Part shown: piece by piece, positions 38,219-49,135 of the stretch
How positions within the stretch are numbered: the stretch's first letter is position 1
How the letters are laid out: each line of letters starts with the position of its first letter
Assembly (NCBI GenBank): GCA_021647505.1
Contig: JAKIUN010000004.1
Coordinates: 18,210-82,209 of the forward strand
Direction: 5' to 3'
Origin: Gammaproteobacteria bacterium
Lineage (GTDB): Bacteria; Pseudomonadota; Gammaproteobacteria; SZUA-152
Length of the DNA: 64,000 bases
The notes under the pieces: model-generated
The model's database searches: none
What the model saw: the letters and a program-made list of their open reading frames with translations, nothing else
What the model was told of the DNA's origin: nothing
Translations under genes and position numbers: made by a program

Positions 38219-38733
38219 TGTTCTCTCCTTAATAAATAAATTTTACGCTGTAAGGAAATATTGTAGTATCGCTGATAGTGATGTAAACCACTCCCTTTTA
38301 CGGGAGAGTCCGGATCAAGCCCGGGAAAACCATTGACAAATAAGAGTAATGCAACTCAAAAAAAATCTCTATATAGCCCTTAAACGCCCCACCTATCCTA
38401 TGAAATACCCACTTTAAGGATGTGTTTTGCAGCAAAGTAAAATTGCCGCGCTTCGTCTGACATATTGCCCAGCGCCGATGTTTTGGAGTTCGCTGCAAAG
38501 TACGCCTCACCCCAAAGCCGCACAAATTGACTCCACCCTCGAGGAGGGTGAGGCAGAGGTAGAAGTCTCTGTCCTGCCAGGGGGCAAAGAACACCCGTTA
38601 ATGCTGAGGTCTTTAGAGAGAGAGAAAGAGTAGCAACGAGCTACGTGGATAACGTTCAAATGATGGCATAAAAGGTAACACCTGCATTCCTGAGAACCTG
38701 CTGGGGTCTCCCCATAGCCAAGACAGAATCCGT

Positions 38734-39729
38734 TTAGCGCGCAAAACCCAGAATCACCGCCCTCAGCTCATCCTCCAGCGTGCGGTCAATGAGCTGCATC
38801 AGTCGCGGCTGCAACAATGCCTTTTCCTGCGCCGACACCTTCAGCGGCCAGCTAGCCGTGCCACGTACATTGTCACCACGATCCACCAGCTTCAATTCAA
38901 GGTTACCGCGCAGCCAGTACCAACTCTCACGCTGCGCCGCCGGCCCGGCAGAAAAACGGGTCTGCAACGTATAGAGCGCCTCTTCCTCGGAGCCGGTCAT
39001 GAAGCCGGCCGCCGTCAGGCCGCCCGCCACCACCGAAGCTAAGGTGCCGTCATCGGCCTGCACGCGGATCTTCAGGCGTGATTGCAAATCCAACAACTCA
39101 CCTTGCAAATTGGCCAACTTCCACTTCGGTGACACACCCTGCCCACCCCGGCCCACCACTCGCAGTACGCGCTGCAATTCGCTGCGCTGCCGCTGTTTAT
39201 CAACGGCGCGCTGGGCGGAGGCAATCTTCTGCAACAGATCGTCCGTCTGTCGGGCACGTTCGATGGCCACGCGGGTCTGATCATCGAGGAGGGACATCTC
39301 ATCGCGCAGACGACGCGCGGTCTCGGCCCGGTTAAGGCTCACCAGTACATGGATATCACCACTTTGCGGATTCTGCCAGGTGTCCGCTACCCGAGCGCCA
39401 CGAATCACCTGCCGGGTGGAGGTCACGATGTCGCGCCCGGCGGCCTCACTGAATGTCTCAACCACCTCACCATCCTGTGTCTGGCGCTGGGCGCTGACCG
39501 TATCCCGGCTTTCCGCCACCACCTGTACTTCGATGTTCTTGGCCAGATCCGCACGGGCGCGATCCGTCGCCATATCACGTAACGATGCCTGACCACGACC
39601 GACCAGGTATTGCGAAACCGGAAACTGGCTGCTCTTGCCGCTAATCCAGTCCGGTTGCGAGTCGGATCCGTCACCTGTCGATGCGCAGGCCGTCATCAGG
39701 CTCATTAGTGCCAGCAATACTATTCTCAT
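38734..39729 (-). CDS. LPP20-family lipoprotein
   Basis: Lipobox MTAC, PDWI, YLVGRG..ATDRARADLAK. Confidence 0.78.
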   Translation of the reverse strand: MRIVLLALMSLMTACASTGDGSDSQPDWISGKSSQFPVSQYLVGRGQASLRDMATDRARADLAKNIEVQVVAESRDTVSAQRQTQDGEVVETFSEAAGRDIVTSTRQVIRGARVADTWQNPQSGDIHVLVSLNRAETARRLRDEMSLLDDQTRVAIERARQTDDLLQKIASAQRAVDKQRQRSELQRVLRVVGRGGQGVSPKWKLANLQGELLDLQSRLKIRVQADDGTLASVVAGGLTAAGFMTGSEEEALYTLQTRFSAGPAAQRESWYWLRGNLELKLVDRGDNVRGTASWPLKVSAQEKALLQPRLMQLIDRTLEDELRAVILGFAR

Positions 39730-41039
39730 GATCCTTTTCCTCCCCGGGTATGTGGTGAAATCCAGCGCCACGTCAAGTAGACCTTTTTGCCCGCCTCGAT
39801 GGCCACCCCGGTAAATTGCTTCTGCGCCAATACCTGGCCGCCGTGTCCCAGCAGCTGCACTGAAACCTCATGCCGCCCCGGCGGCAGAAACCGGCGCGCC
39901 AGATAGATACGTTGTGGCAGGGTGGACCAACTGCGGGTATCGGCCTGCTCACTGAGCATACCGGCAACATTGAGTAGCAGGCCCAATCCCTGATCACGCT
40001 CGCCGGCCTCCCTGACAGCCCGATACTTCACCACCGCTCGCGCCAGCGCACGAGCGGTGATCACAGGCATCTGTGCTTGTAGGGTTTTTACAGCAATGAC
40101 GTCGATGTCTTCCACCAGATCGGCAGCCACCATTTCATCGTCCGCCAACAGGCGCACCTCACCGACCGGCTGGGCCCTTGTCTCATAGCGTGGCAAGGCG
40201 ACGCGCACCATCACACCCGCCTCGGGCGCTAAAATGGACATGGCTTCCTCGCGCTTGCGGGACGCCAGTCCGGTGCCGATGACCAGTACCACCTCTCCCT
40301 TCTCTTGCAAAGCCGCTAATGAGGGCCACTGCTCAATGGCAAAGGCTTTGCGGTACTCGCGCAGCTCCTCCTTGAGGCCCAGGTGCCCGGCCATACGCAA
40401 AAGCGCCAAACCCAGGGAGTGCGGCGGTTTCACTCCCAGGTGTTTGCGGTATTTCTGATAGTCCTGGTAAGCCCTGCGGTAGGCAATCATGGCGTCACTC
40501 CATTCACCTTGCTGCTCGAAGACAAGACCACTCAGATAGCGGGCGAAGGCATCTTCCGTCTGCGTATCACCTTGGCCATCGGCCTGTAGGCTCAGCAACA
40601 CGTCCAGCTGCAATACCTCGACCCGCGCCTCGTCAGGCATGTCCATCTGGAGATAATTCAGCGCTGCATAGACATGCAGCAGGGCGCGTTCGAAATCACT
40701 GCCGATATAGCTCTGCAGGGTATCATTGACGGTCAGCGCAATGGCCTGCTCTCTGACACTAATGGCATCCAGCTCGTCGATCAGTCGCTTGGCCTGCTCC
40801 AGTGTCTCATTGCTCTGTCGGTACTCACCCTGCATACGCAGCAGCATGGCACGGTTCAGCAGATACAGCACCTCGTCACGCTGGCCGTTGCCCCGGTTCT
40901 TTTCCAGCACCTGCAAGGCAGTTGAGGGATTCCCCGCGACCAGCTGTGCTTCGATGGCATCGAAACGCTGGCTGTAGCCGGCACACCCGGAAAGCAGCAG
41001 GGCCGCGCCCAGACACAGCCAGCCTCTGGCCCGTTTCAA
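39726..41039 (-). CDS. COG3014-family TPR-like lipoprotein
   Basis: Lipobox LSGC, YIGSDFERALL..ALNYL..ARVE, EQADTRSWSTLP. Confidence 0.82.
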   Translation of the reverse strand: MKRARGWLCLGAALLLSGCAGYSQRFDAIEAQLVAGNPSTALQVLEKNRGNGQRDEVLYLLNRAMLLRMQGEYRQSNETLEQAKRLIDELDAISVREQAIALTVNDTLQSYIGSDFERALLHVYAALNYLQMDMPDEARVEVLQLDVLLSLQADGQGDTQTEDAFARYLSGLVFEQQGEWSDAMIAYRRAYQDYQKYRKHLGVKPPHSLGLALLRMAGHLGLKEELREYRKAFAIEQWPSLAALQEKGEVVLVIGTGLASRKREEAMSILAPEAGVMVRVALPRYETRAQPVGEVRLLADDEMVAADLVEDIDVIAVKTLQAQMPVITARALARAVVKYRAVREAGERDQGLGLLLNVAGMLSEQADTRSWSTLPQRIYLARRFLPPGRHEVSVQLLGHGGQVLAQKQFTGVAIEAGKKVYLTWRWISPHTRGGKGS

Positions 41040-41049
41040 AAATAAATAG

Positions 41050-41655
41050 TCAGAAACGCAGTGAACGCTTATCGACGAACTTCTTGATCTTTTTCTGTCC
41101 CACCCAGACCTTGCGATTATCCGCCATGCTGATCAGGGTGAGATCAACCTGGTAAAACTTTACCTGTTTCTTACCCTCGGCATCGATGATGGTATTGATG
41201 GTGCCCTTAAGCATGAAGTCGGCGCCGGCCTCCTCCCCCATGACGTTACGGGTGCCCTCGCTGGAGTGCAGATCCTGATCCTTGCGCTCACCACGCACTT
41301 CGCCACGCTCCGTACTCGACGCCACCACCTCGACATTGCCGGAATTGATCAGTGCACGCTCCATGTCGGCGACGAAGGTATTGACGTTGATATGCTCATG
41401 GCTGAGGTTGCGCACCTCGCCAACGATCACCACCGGCGGCTCACCACCGTGACTGCGGGTGTAGCGGTTGATCCAGGGACGCGATAATACGTCACGGATC
41501 ATCTCTTCCGAGACCAGCCGTGAGTCGGTGTCGTTCCAGTTACCGCTCAGGTCGCGAACCTCTTCGCTATCGATACGCTCCACCTTGGTCGCGCAGGCGC
41601 TCAGGGCCACGGCCAGCAACAGTACCCACAGGGTTTTCATACGCTTCGACAACAT
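41050..41655 (-). CDS. LpoB/YcfM-like lipoprotein (CsgG-related fold)
   Basis: Lipobox LSAC, DLSGNWNDTD, NLSHEHIN, GADFMLKGTI, VW...IKK. Confidence 0.82.
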   Translation of the reverse strand: MLSKRMKTLWVLLLAVALSACATKVERIDSEEVRDLSGNWNDTDSRLVSEEMIRDVLSRPWINRYTRSHGGEPPVVIVGEVRNLSHEHINVNTFVADMERALINSGNVEVVASSTERGEVRGERKDQDLHSSEGTRNVMGEEAGADFMLKGTINTIIDAEGKKQVKFYQVDLTLISMADNRKVWVGQKKIKKFVDKRSLRF

Positions 41656-41659
41656 CCCT

Positions 41660-42232
41660 TTACTCCTCCTGCTTGGTGGCAATACGGTCAAAAATCTTGC
41701 CGCCACGGGTATCGAGATAGTCTTTCAGGCCCGAATTCATGGCCTCAACGCCTTCCAGGGTCTTCTTCACCTGATTCATATCCAGTTCGGCAATGGCATA
41801 GACCGTGTCCATTTTCTTATCACGCCAGTGGCCGATGATGCGCACACCGGTGAGGTTGATCTTGGTGATATTGTCGATCTGGCGTGACACGCTCTGCTCG
41901 GTGAAGCCCGCCTCATCGGCCTTGCCACTGGCGATATAGTCACGCGAGACGATCTCCATGTAGGACGACAGAATACGCGCAACCTCGGCACGGGCACGAT
42001 TGTCGGCGGTGGAGGTCTGCAGCGAGAAATCACCCAGCGGTGGTGCCAAGCCCACGCCGTGGAACAGACGGCCATCCTTGGTCTTAAGGATATTGGTGCC
42101 CTCATTGACCCAGTCCGGCGCCCCTTTGATGCCGAGATCACTCTCGACCGTGGTCTTGCTGGAACAGGCCGCCAGCAGGGCCAGCAAAACCAGCAGGGCA
42201 AAACCCCGCGACCATTGAATACGTGCGTCCAT
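41660..42232 (-). CDS. LPP20-like lipoprotein
   Basis: Lipobox LAAC, GAPDWV, FHGVG..TADNRARAEVA. Confidence 0.75.
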   Translation of the reverse strand: MDARIQWSRGFALLVLLALLAACSSKTTVESDLGIKGAPDWVNEGTNILKTKDGRLFHGVGLAPPLGDFSLQTSTADNRARAEVARILSSYMEIVSRDYIASGKADEAGFTEQSVSRQIDNITKINLTGVRIIGHWRDKKMDTVYAIAELDMNQVKKTLEGVEAMNSGLKDYLDTRGGKIFDRIATKQEE

Positions 42233-42379
42233 ACCAACCTCCGAGCAGAAAAACTGTTCACAATAACCGGCAATAACAAATGATTGACAAGATTACGCTG
42301 GCAACCCGCCTGCTGCAACGAAAAAGGCCGCCATGTCGAAACATGGCGGCCGGAAAACATTATCACTGGTGATATGTGG

Positions 42380-42748
42380 TTACTGATTCAGGCGGGCTTC
42401 CCAGTACTGCGCCAGCTGACTATCCTGCGGCAGACCGAACCAACCCTTGTCATAGGCTGCGGAAAGAAACTCCTGCGCATACTGACTACCGTTATCGGCC
42501 GCCCGGTGATACCAGCCCACCGCGCGCGCCTCATCGGCCGCCACACCCAGTCCCTTGTGATAGATCAGCGCCATGTTGAATTGCGCATTGGCGTCACCGC
42601 TCTCCGCCAGCGGCTGCCATTTGGCCACGGCTGTCACATAATCACCGGCCTCTGCCGCCAGGAAACCCTCATTGTAATCCTGTGCCTGCAGCGATCCCCC
42701 CATAGTGGCCAGAGCCATTGATGCGGCCAGTAAAATACCCTTCTTCAT
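42380..42748 (-). CDS. Sel1-repeat protein
   Basis: Signal peptide, LAESGDANAQFNMA.IY.KGLGV..D...A..WY..AA. Confidence 0.85.
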   Translation of the reverse strand: MKKGILLAASMALATMGGSLQAQDYNEGFLAAEAGDYVTAVAKWQPLAESGDANAQFNMALIYHKGLGVAADEARAVGWYHRAADNGSQYAQEFLSAAYDKGWFGLPQDSQLAQYWEARLNQ

Positions 42749-42823
42749 TCGTCGGTTTCCCCGTGAGTGGTTGTGATTACTCACGGTTATCGGCGCAAAC
42801 AGCGGACTATTTCGTGATGCCGT

Positions 42824-43399
42824 TCACGGTTTTTCACCCCCCCACATCCAGCGCCGCAGGGCCGGTGCCGCACCTACCGCCCTTGCCGCCAACGCACCCA
42901 GCAGCAGGCCGAAACCAGCACCTGCCAATACCTGGCCGGAATAATGCACACCGAGATAAACCCGCGATAGGGCCACCAGCACAGCTATCCCACCCAGCAC
43001 CAACCCCCAGCGCCAAGAGCGCAAAACCATACCGAGAAAGGCCGCGGTGAGAAAAAAATTGAGGGCGTGGTTGGAAGGCATACCGGTGGGCTTGAAGGCG
43101 CAGCCGACACGGAAGGGCTCCATCACCAGACGCACCCGTTCCGACAGCTCAGCACAGGGTCGCAGTTGGCCGAACAGGTGTTTGAGGCCGTTGCCGATGG
43201 CGTCACCCAGCAACACACAGACGATCAGCAACAACCACAGGCGCAGCCCGGCACGTCCCTCGCGGCGCCACAGGAGCCACAGGATCAGCACCAGCAGCGG
43301 CAGGGAAAAGGTCTTCTTTTGAGAGATCCAGCCAAAAAAGACGTCCAGCACCGGACTGGCCCAGCCCTGGTTGACGGCCAATAGCAGGTCGAGACCCAT
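42824..43399 (-). CDS. PAP2-family phosphatase
   Basis: K......RP, MPSNHA, SRVYLGVHY. Confidence 0.9.
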   Translation of the reverse strand: MGLDLLLAVNQGWASPVLDVFFGWISQKKTFSLPLLVLILWLLWRREGRAGLRLWLLLIVCVLLGDAIGNGLKHLFGQLRPCAELSERVRLVMEPFRVGCAFKPTGMPSNHALNFFLTAAFLGMVLRSWRWGLVLGGIAVLVALSRVYLGVHYSGQVLAGAGFGLLLGALAARAVGAAPALRRWMWGGEKP

Positions 43400-43405
43400 C
43401 CCCGT

Positions 43406-44818
43406 TCAGCCGTCGCCGCGGATGGTGTCGACGATGCGCGAGGTTGAATGTCCGTCGAGAAAGGGCAGGATGCGCACCTCGCCGGCACAGGCGCCGCCGG
43501 CCACCTGCTCGGGCCGGTAGTCACCGCCCTTCACCAGGATGTCCGGACGCACGGCGCAGATGAGCCGCTCCGGGGTGTCCTCGCCGAACGGCACCACCCA
43601 GTCCACCACCGACAGTCCGGCCAACACCGCCATGCGTTGCGCCAGCGGCACCACCGGCCGTTCGGGCCCCTTGAGGCGCGCCACCGAGGCGTCATCGTTG
43701 ACCGCCACGATGAGCCGATCGCCGAGACGTGCGGCCTGTTCCAGATAGGCCACGTGGCCGGCGTGCAGAATGTCGAAGCAGCCATTGGTCATGACGATGC
43801 TCTCACCATGGGCGCGCGCCTCGGCGACCATAGCCAGCAAGCCTGGTTCGTCCAGCACCCCGCGATGGGAGGCATCGAAGCCGACCAGGGCGCGGCGCAG
43901 CTCGTCCACCGACACAGTGGCGGTACCCAGCTTGCCCACCACGATGCCGGCGGCCATATTGGCCAGACGCACCGCGTTGGGCAGGGCAAGCCCGGCGGCG
44001 AGTCCGGCGGCGACGGTGGCGATCACTGTGTCACCGGCACCGGTGACATCGTACACCTCGCGTGCCTGCGCCGGGATCGTCAGGGGCGCCTCACCGCGTT
44101 GTAGCAAGATCATGCCCTGCTCGCTGCGAGTAACCAGCAGGGCCGCGATATCATGGGTCTGCATCAAGGCCTCGCCACGCGCCACCAGGGTGGCCTCGTC
44201 GGCACAATGTCCCACCGCGGCCTCGAACTCGCCCAGGTTGGGTGTCAACAGACTGGCGCCGCCATAGGCGGAAAAATCGGTCTGCTTGGGATCCACCAAT
44301 ACCGGTTTGCCCGCCGCGCGGGCCTGTTCGATGAGGTGGGTGCAGGGCAGCAGGGCACCCTTGCCGTAATCGGAGAGCACCACCACATCCGCCGCCGTCA
44401 ATGCCTCGGCGAAGCCCTCGCTCAGCTGCTCACCGCCGGGTTGCGGCCGCGCGGCCTCGAAGTCGAGACGGATCAGCTGCTGATGGCGACTGAGTACCCG
44501 CAGCTTGGTGATGGTCGCCATGTCGGTAGGGTGCAGCTTGGGAGTGATGCCTTCCCAGCCGCTCAGCAAGGTCTCCAGAGCCGCACCCGCTTCGTCCTCG
44601 CCCACCAGGCCCAACACCGCAGCCTGGCCACCCAGGGCGGCGATGCCCAAAGCCACATTGCCGGCGCCGCCGGGACGTTCCTCGACCTCCACCACCCGCA
44701 CCACCGGCACCGGCGCCTCGGGTGAAATACGCGAGGTGTCGCCGGACCAGTAGCGGTCGAGAAGGACGTCGCCCGCCACCAGGACACGGGCCGAAGAAAA
44801 ATCAGGCAGTTGAAACAT
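43406..44818 (-). CDS. hldE: Bifunctional heptose 7-phosphate kinase / heptose 1-phosphate adenyltransferase
   Basis: RISPEAPVPV, SDYGKG, DVTGAGDTV, TNGCFDILHAGH, VKGGDY. Confidence 0.97.
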   Translation of the reverse strand: MFQLPDFSSARVLVAGDVLLDRYWSGDTSRISPEAPVPVVRVVEVEERPGGAGNVALGIAALGGQAAVLGLVGEDEAGAALETLLSGWEGITPKLHPTDMATITKLRVLSRHQQLIRLDFEAARPQPGGEQLSEGFAEALTAADVVVLSDYGKGALLPCTHLIEQARAAGKPVLVDPKQTDFSAYGGASLLTPNLGEFEAAVGHCADEATLVARGEALMQTHDIAALLVTRSEQGMILLQRGEAPLTIPAQAREVYDVTGAGDTVIATVAAGLAAGLALPNAVRLANMAAGIVVGKLGTATVSVDELRRALVGFDASHRGVLDEPGLLAMVAEARAHGESIVMTNGCFDILHAGHVAYLEQAARLGDRLIVAVNDDASVARLKGPERPVVPLAQRMAVLAGLSVVDWVVPFGEDTPERLICAVRPDILVKGGDYRPEQVAGGACAGEVRILPFLDGHSTSRIVDTIRGDG

Positions 44819-44885
44819 GGCTTCCCAAGGATCGGTAAGAAAAGTAAGGTGCGGTGAAAAAATCCGCATGCTATCACAGAGCGAC

Positions 44886-45956
44886 TCAGCGCAGGTGACG
44901 CAACAGCTCGTCATACAGGGAAAGATAGCTCTCTACCACCGCAGCACGGCCATATTGACCGTCCGCCACCGCGCGCCCGGCGGCGGCGATCTGGCGCTGT
45001 GCCGACTCATCCGCCAGCAAGGCCTGCAGAACCTCAGCCATGCGCGGTGGCTCCTCGCAGGGCACCAGCACGCCGCTCTCATCCGGGGTAATCAGCTCCA
45101 GGGCGCCGTGGCTGGCAGTGGAGAGCACCGGCCGGCCATGGCTCCAGGCTTCGAGGATGACGTTGCCCAGAGGCTCGTGACGCGAAGGGCAAACAAACAC
45201 CTCGGCCAGCTGGTAGACGAGCGCCGGGTCACGCTGCCAGCCGGCCCAATGCACGCGGGATCCCAGGCCAAGAGTGCGGGTCTGCTTGCGCAGGGGCTCG
45301 CTGAGGGGGCCGTCACCGGCGATGAGTAGGTGCAGGGGCCGTCCCTCCAGCTCAGCGGGCAGGCGGGCGAAGGCCTCCAGCAGATCCTGAAAACCCTTCT
45401 TCTCCACCAGCCGGCCGACGCCAGAGATCACTCGCGCATCGGCGGGGATGCCGAAGCGCTCCCGGGCGGCGTCCAGCTCGGCCTCGGCCAGGGGCGGCGC
45501 GAGATCAACGAAGTTGTGGATATGAAATACCCGATCGGCGGGAAAGCCACCCTCGCGCAGGTAATCGCAGATAGCGGTGGTATTGCCCACCCAGGCCTCG
45601 GCGTGGTGATAGCCATCCAGCTTGTAGAAACCGCCCAGACGGGCGATATGCACTGGGCCACGTCCCTTTAGGCGGGTCAGGCGCATGGCGCGGCCCATGT
45701 AGGTTTGCACGATGTCAGGCCGTCGTTCGCGCACCAGTCGACGGATGGCCCAGCGCGAGGGCAGATCCAGCACGTTGCGCAGAGGCACCCCGTGGTGCTC
45801 GATTTCCGGCCTCAGTTCCGGCATCACCATGCCGCCGGGACGGCTCACGGCGGCCACTGGCTGGCCGGCCTCGTGCAGGGCGTGCACCAAGCGCACGAAA
45901 AAGCGCTCGGCACCGCCAAAACCGCCACTGCCGATGATGTGTAGGCTGGAGATCAT
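44886..45956 (-). CDS. GT4 glycosyltransferase (LPS core-related)
   Basis: GGAERF, GRLVEKKGF, PSRHEPLGNVILEAW. Confidence 0.9.
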   Translation of the reverse strand: MISSLHIIGSGGFGGAERFFVRLVHALHEAGQPVAAVSRPGGMVMPELRPEIEHHGVPLRNVLDLPSRWAIRRLVRERRPDIVQTYMGRAMRLTRLKGRGPVHIARLGGFYKLDGYHHAEAWVGNTTAICDYLREGGFPADRVFHIHNFVDLAPPLAEAELDAARERFGIPADARVISGVGRLVEKKGFQDLLEAFARLPAELEGRPLHLLIAGDGPLSEPLRKQTRTLGLGSRVHWAGWQRDPALVYQLAEVFVCPSRHEPLGNVILEAWSHGRPVLSTASHGALELITPDESGVLVPCEEPPRMAEVLQALLADESAQRQIAAAGRAVADGQYGRAAVVESYLSLYDELLRHLR

Positions 45957-46059
45957 GGTGTCATCCGTTCCTTCATCATTCGGGAATAAAAAAACTCAAA
46001 ACGCAAAGGGCACAAAGAAAAAATCATTGTGGAATATGCTCGGTCAAAGGATGGCTGGC

Positions 46060-46205
46060 CAATGCCATTAAGTTAAGCCTGAGATCCTGCTTGTTGTAGG
46101 TTGGTGGTGAGCCTGCGAACCCCAACGAAGCCAACAATGTTAGGGTTCCTTCGTCACTGCCAACCTACAAAACAGTCGTGATTTTGTTAACTTATGGTGG
46201 CATTG
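46060..46205. mobile_element. IS4-type-ended MITE with REP doublet (copy 2, opposite orientation)
   Basis: CAATGCCATTAAGTTAA...GTAGGTTGGTGGTGAGCCTGCGAACCCCAAC...CCAACCTAC...TTAACTTATGGTGGCATTG; no clear TSD. Confidence 0.82.
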
Positions 46206-46243
46206 CCTACCAACCCTCTCCGGGCTGGTGATGTAACAAGCCG

Positions 46244-49135
46244 CTACGGTGGATTGGAGTACACCACACCGAAACGGGCCGTCTGTCCACTGTTGGGGTC
46301 AAGCAGCCGATAATAGGCACCGAGCCCCTGATCCACCACCGCCTCGTCGAGGATCACGACAAAACCGAGCTGCATGCCGCCAGCCAGCCAACCACTATTG
46401 AGCAGAGCAGGATCGCTGATAGCCAGCAGCTCGGTGCCACCGTTCTCCAATACGAAGCCCAGCAGGGGAATGGGCCGGTTAGAGGTGTTGAACAGGAAGA
46501 AGCCAAAACGCGCCCCGGCCTGCACGACATCGTCAATACGCTCGGCATCGGCAAAGGCCGCGGGAATAATCACCACCAGCGGCTGCTCACCAGCGTAGAG
46601 CAGCCCACGCCCCATCACCTCACTGCCCACCACCTGCGCCTCGATCAACAACAGGCCATTGGCCATGGTGGTGAAATCGAAACCGGCCTCTCCGCCACTG
46701 GTGCTTACGGTGGTGCTGAATAATACCTGTCCACCCTGGCTTACGCTCACTACCACCAGGGTGCCATCGACCACTGTTGCCATGGCGCCGGCCGCCCGCA
46801 GGCGCAAGGTGATACGCGAACTGTCGGTATCGTTGTTGCGCAGCACGTTGGGGCTGGGCAGCACCACCAACGACACCGGGCGCTGCGGCTCAAAGGTGAT
46901 ATCCAGCAACTGCTCAGCACTCAGCCCGGCGTACTCGGCGCGAATGCGCACGCTGCCGCCACGGTCGCTGGCCGCCACGACCCGGGCGCGGCTATCGGTC
47001 GTGTTGCCGACACTGGCCAGGGCTGGATCACTGCTAGACCAGATCACGTCATCGTCCAGCGGCTGGCTGCTGTCATCGGAAAAATCGGCGATGGCACTCA
47101 GGCGCACGCTTTCGCCACTGGCCAGCACCGTGACCGGGGCCGTGATACGCAGCCCGACCGGGGTGGCATCGGTCACCGCCACATCCAAGACCCGCTCGAG
47201 CCCGCCGAAGCGCGCCGTCAAACGCGCAGAACCCATAGCCCCGGCACGCACCCGAAACGGGTCACCATTGCTGACGCTGAGCACCGTCGGATTCGCGGAG
47301 GCCCATACCGCCTGTGCCGTGACATCGCGGCGGCTGCCATCGGAATACACCGCTACGACACTGAAGCCCATCGTAGTACCACTGGCCAGGCGGGGGCTGG
47401 CCGGGGTGATCTCCAGATCCATCAGGGTGGCAGTGCTCACCTGCACAGGGATACTGCCCGTTATCCCGTCCAGACTGGCACTGATGCGCGCCTCACCCGA
47501 CTGCAAAGCCAACAGTTCACCGGCTTCGTCGATGCGCACGACATCCAGCTGCGCCGACTCCCAGCGCACCGCTGCACCAAGCGGCTGGGTGGAACCGTCG
47601 GAGAAACCACCCACGGCACGCAGCATGAGACGCTCGCCGCTGGCCAGGCTGATCTCTGCCGGCTCGATGGTGATGACCTCAAGATACGCCGCCGTCACGC
47701 TCAATGGCACGCTGGCCGAGATCCCACCGAGCTGGACACGAATACGCGTATCACCGACCGCCAGTCCCTGTACCTGCCCGGCCTGACCGTCGATATTGGC
47801 GACGGCGGCAATAGTCGGCTCATCGCTGGACCAGGTTACCTGGTCACTCAGTATTTTCAGGGAAGCGTCAGAATAGCGCCCCAGGGCCTGCATCCGCAGA
47901 CCTGTGCCGACGGCCAAGCGCGGCGCCACCGGCTCCAGCTCCAGTGTTTGCAGGTTGGCGGCGCTGACGATCAACGTGGCCTGAACCTCAACTCCGTCCA
48001 GGGCGGCGCCGACCGTGACGGTACCGGCGGCCAGCGCCGTGGCCAGCCCCTCGTTGCCGACGGCGTTGGCGATGGCCAGACGGGCATCGTCGCTGCTGCG
48101 CCAGATGACCTGTGCAGTGAGGTCACGCAGGCTACCGTCACTGAAGTGGCCCAGGGCCCGGAGCAGACGACTGAGGCCGGTCGGCAGATCCGCGCCGCCC
48201 AGATCCAGTTCCAGGCGGCTCAACACGGCATCGGTGACACGCACCGGTACCTCGATGCCCAGTCCGCCCACATCGGCGCGCAGGCTGGTGTCACCACTGA
48301 CGAGGCCCCGCAACAGGCCACCCTCCAGGCTGGCAACGGCGGGTGTGTCGATCTGCCAGCGAGCCTGAACACTGAGATCCTGCTGGCTGCCGTCACTATA
48401 GAAACCATCGATACGCAGCATGACCTCACTGCCAACGGGCAGCTCAACACTGGCGGGGGTAACACGCAGGGTGGTGAGGTCGGCATCGCTGACGGTGACA
48501 TCGATCTGCGCGTTGAGGCCACCGAAACCGGCCTGTAAGACACCGCTGCCGACCGCCAGTGCAGTCAGGCGACCGGTGGTGGAAATACTGAAAAGAGTAG
48601 GATTGAGCGCCGTCCAGACAACCTGATCGTCCAGCGCCTGGCGGCTGCCATCACTGAACAGGCCAAAAACATTGAGCGGATATTGTGTGCCCTTGGCCAG
48701 TCGCAGCCCGGCGGGCTCAATATCGAGGCGTCGCAAAGTAGCCGCTGTAACCTCGATGGACGCCTCGGCATCATGCCCGTCAAAGCTGGCACGAATGTGG
48801 GTACGAGCGGCTGACAGGGCATGAATACGGCCATTCTCAGCCACGCTGAGCGCCGTTGTATCGTCGCTGCGCCAGGCAACGCTGTCGCTAAGATCGCGCC
48901 GGCTGCCATCGCTGTACAGGCCAGTGGCATGGAGGCTCAGCTCGGTGCCGACGGCCAGGCTGGCGGATGCCGGGCTGAGTTCAAGGCGTTGCAAACCCGC
49001 TTGCCCGCCATCCGGAGTCGGCGCTGGGGTCGGAGTGCTCGAACCACCACAAGCAACGAGCAACAACAGACACAAAATGGCAAGCAGCCGATAAAAGCAG
49101 CACCGGAAATGATGCTGATCGCTGGTATTTTCCAC
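46244..49135 (-). CDS. Surface lipoprotein with eight Big_2 (Lig-like) repeats and a Big_1-like domain
   Basis: Lipobox LVAC, PT linker, eight repeats of xxG(Y/F)SDGS..(D)LxxxVxWxS. Confidence 0.85.
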   Translation of the reverse strand: MENTSDQHHFRCCFYRLLAILCLLLLVACGGSSTPTPAPTPDGGQAGLQRLELSPASASLAVGTELSLHATGLYSDGSRRDLSDSVAWRSDDTTALSVAENGRIHALSAARTHIRASFDGHDAEASIEVTAATLRRLDIEPAGLRLAKGTQYPLNVFGLFSDGSRQALDDQVVWTALNPTLFSISTTGRLTALAVGSGVLQAGFGGLNAQIDVTVSDADLTTLRVTPASVELPVGSEVMLRIDGFYSDGSQQDLSVQARWQIDTPAVASLEGGLLRGLVSGDTSLRADVGGLGIEVPVRVTDAVLSRLELDLGGADLPTGLSRLLRALGHFSDGSLRDLTAQVIWRSSDDARLAIANAVGNEGLATALAAGTVTVGAALDGVEVQATLIVSAANLQTLELEPVAPRLAVGTGLRMQALGRYSDASLKILSDQVTWSSDEPTIAAVANIDGQAGQVQGLAVGDTRIRVQLGGISASVPLSVTAAYLEVITIEPAEISLASGERLMLRAVGGFSDGSTQPLGAAVRWESAQLDVVRIDEAGELLALQSGEARISASLDGITGSIPVQVSTATLMDLEITPASPRLASGTTMGFSVVAVYSDGSRRDVTAQAVWASANPTVLSVSNGDPFRVRAGAMGSARLTARFGGLERVLDVAVTDATPVGLRITAPVTVLASGESVRLSAIADFSDDSSQPLDDDVIWSSSDPALASVGNTTDSRARVVAASDRGGSVRIRAEYAGLSAEQLLDITFEPQRPVSLVVLPSPNVLRNNDTDSSRITLRLRAAGAMATVVDGTLVVVSVSQGGQVLFSTTVSTSGGEAGFDFTTMANGLLLIEAQVVGSEVMGRGLLYAGEQPLVVIIPAAFADAERIDDVVQAGARFGFFLFNTSNRPIPLLGFVLENGGTELLAISDPALLNSGWLAGGMQLGFVVILDEAVVDQGLGAYYRLLDPNSGQTARFGVVYSNPP

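Noticed and set aside
38298-38640. Short ORFs and weak palindromes (CCGGATCAAGCCCGG; TTTGCAGC..GCTGCAAA)
   Set aside because: Probably decayed repeats; boundaries and family cannot be supported.
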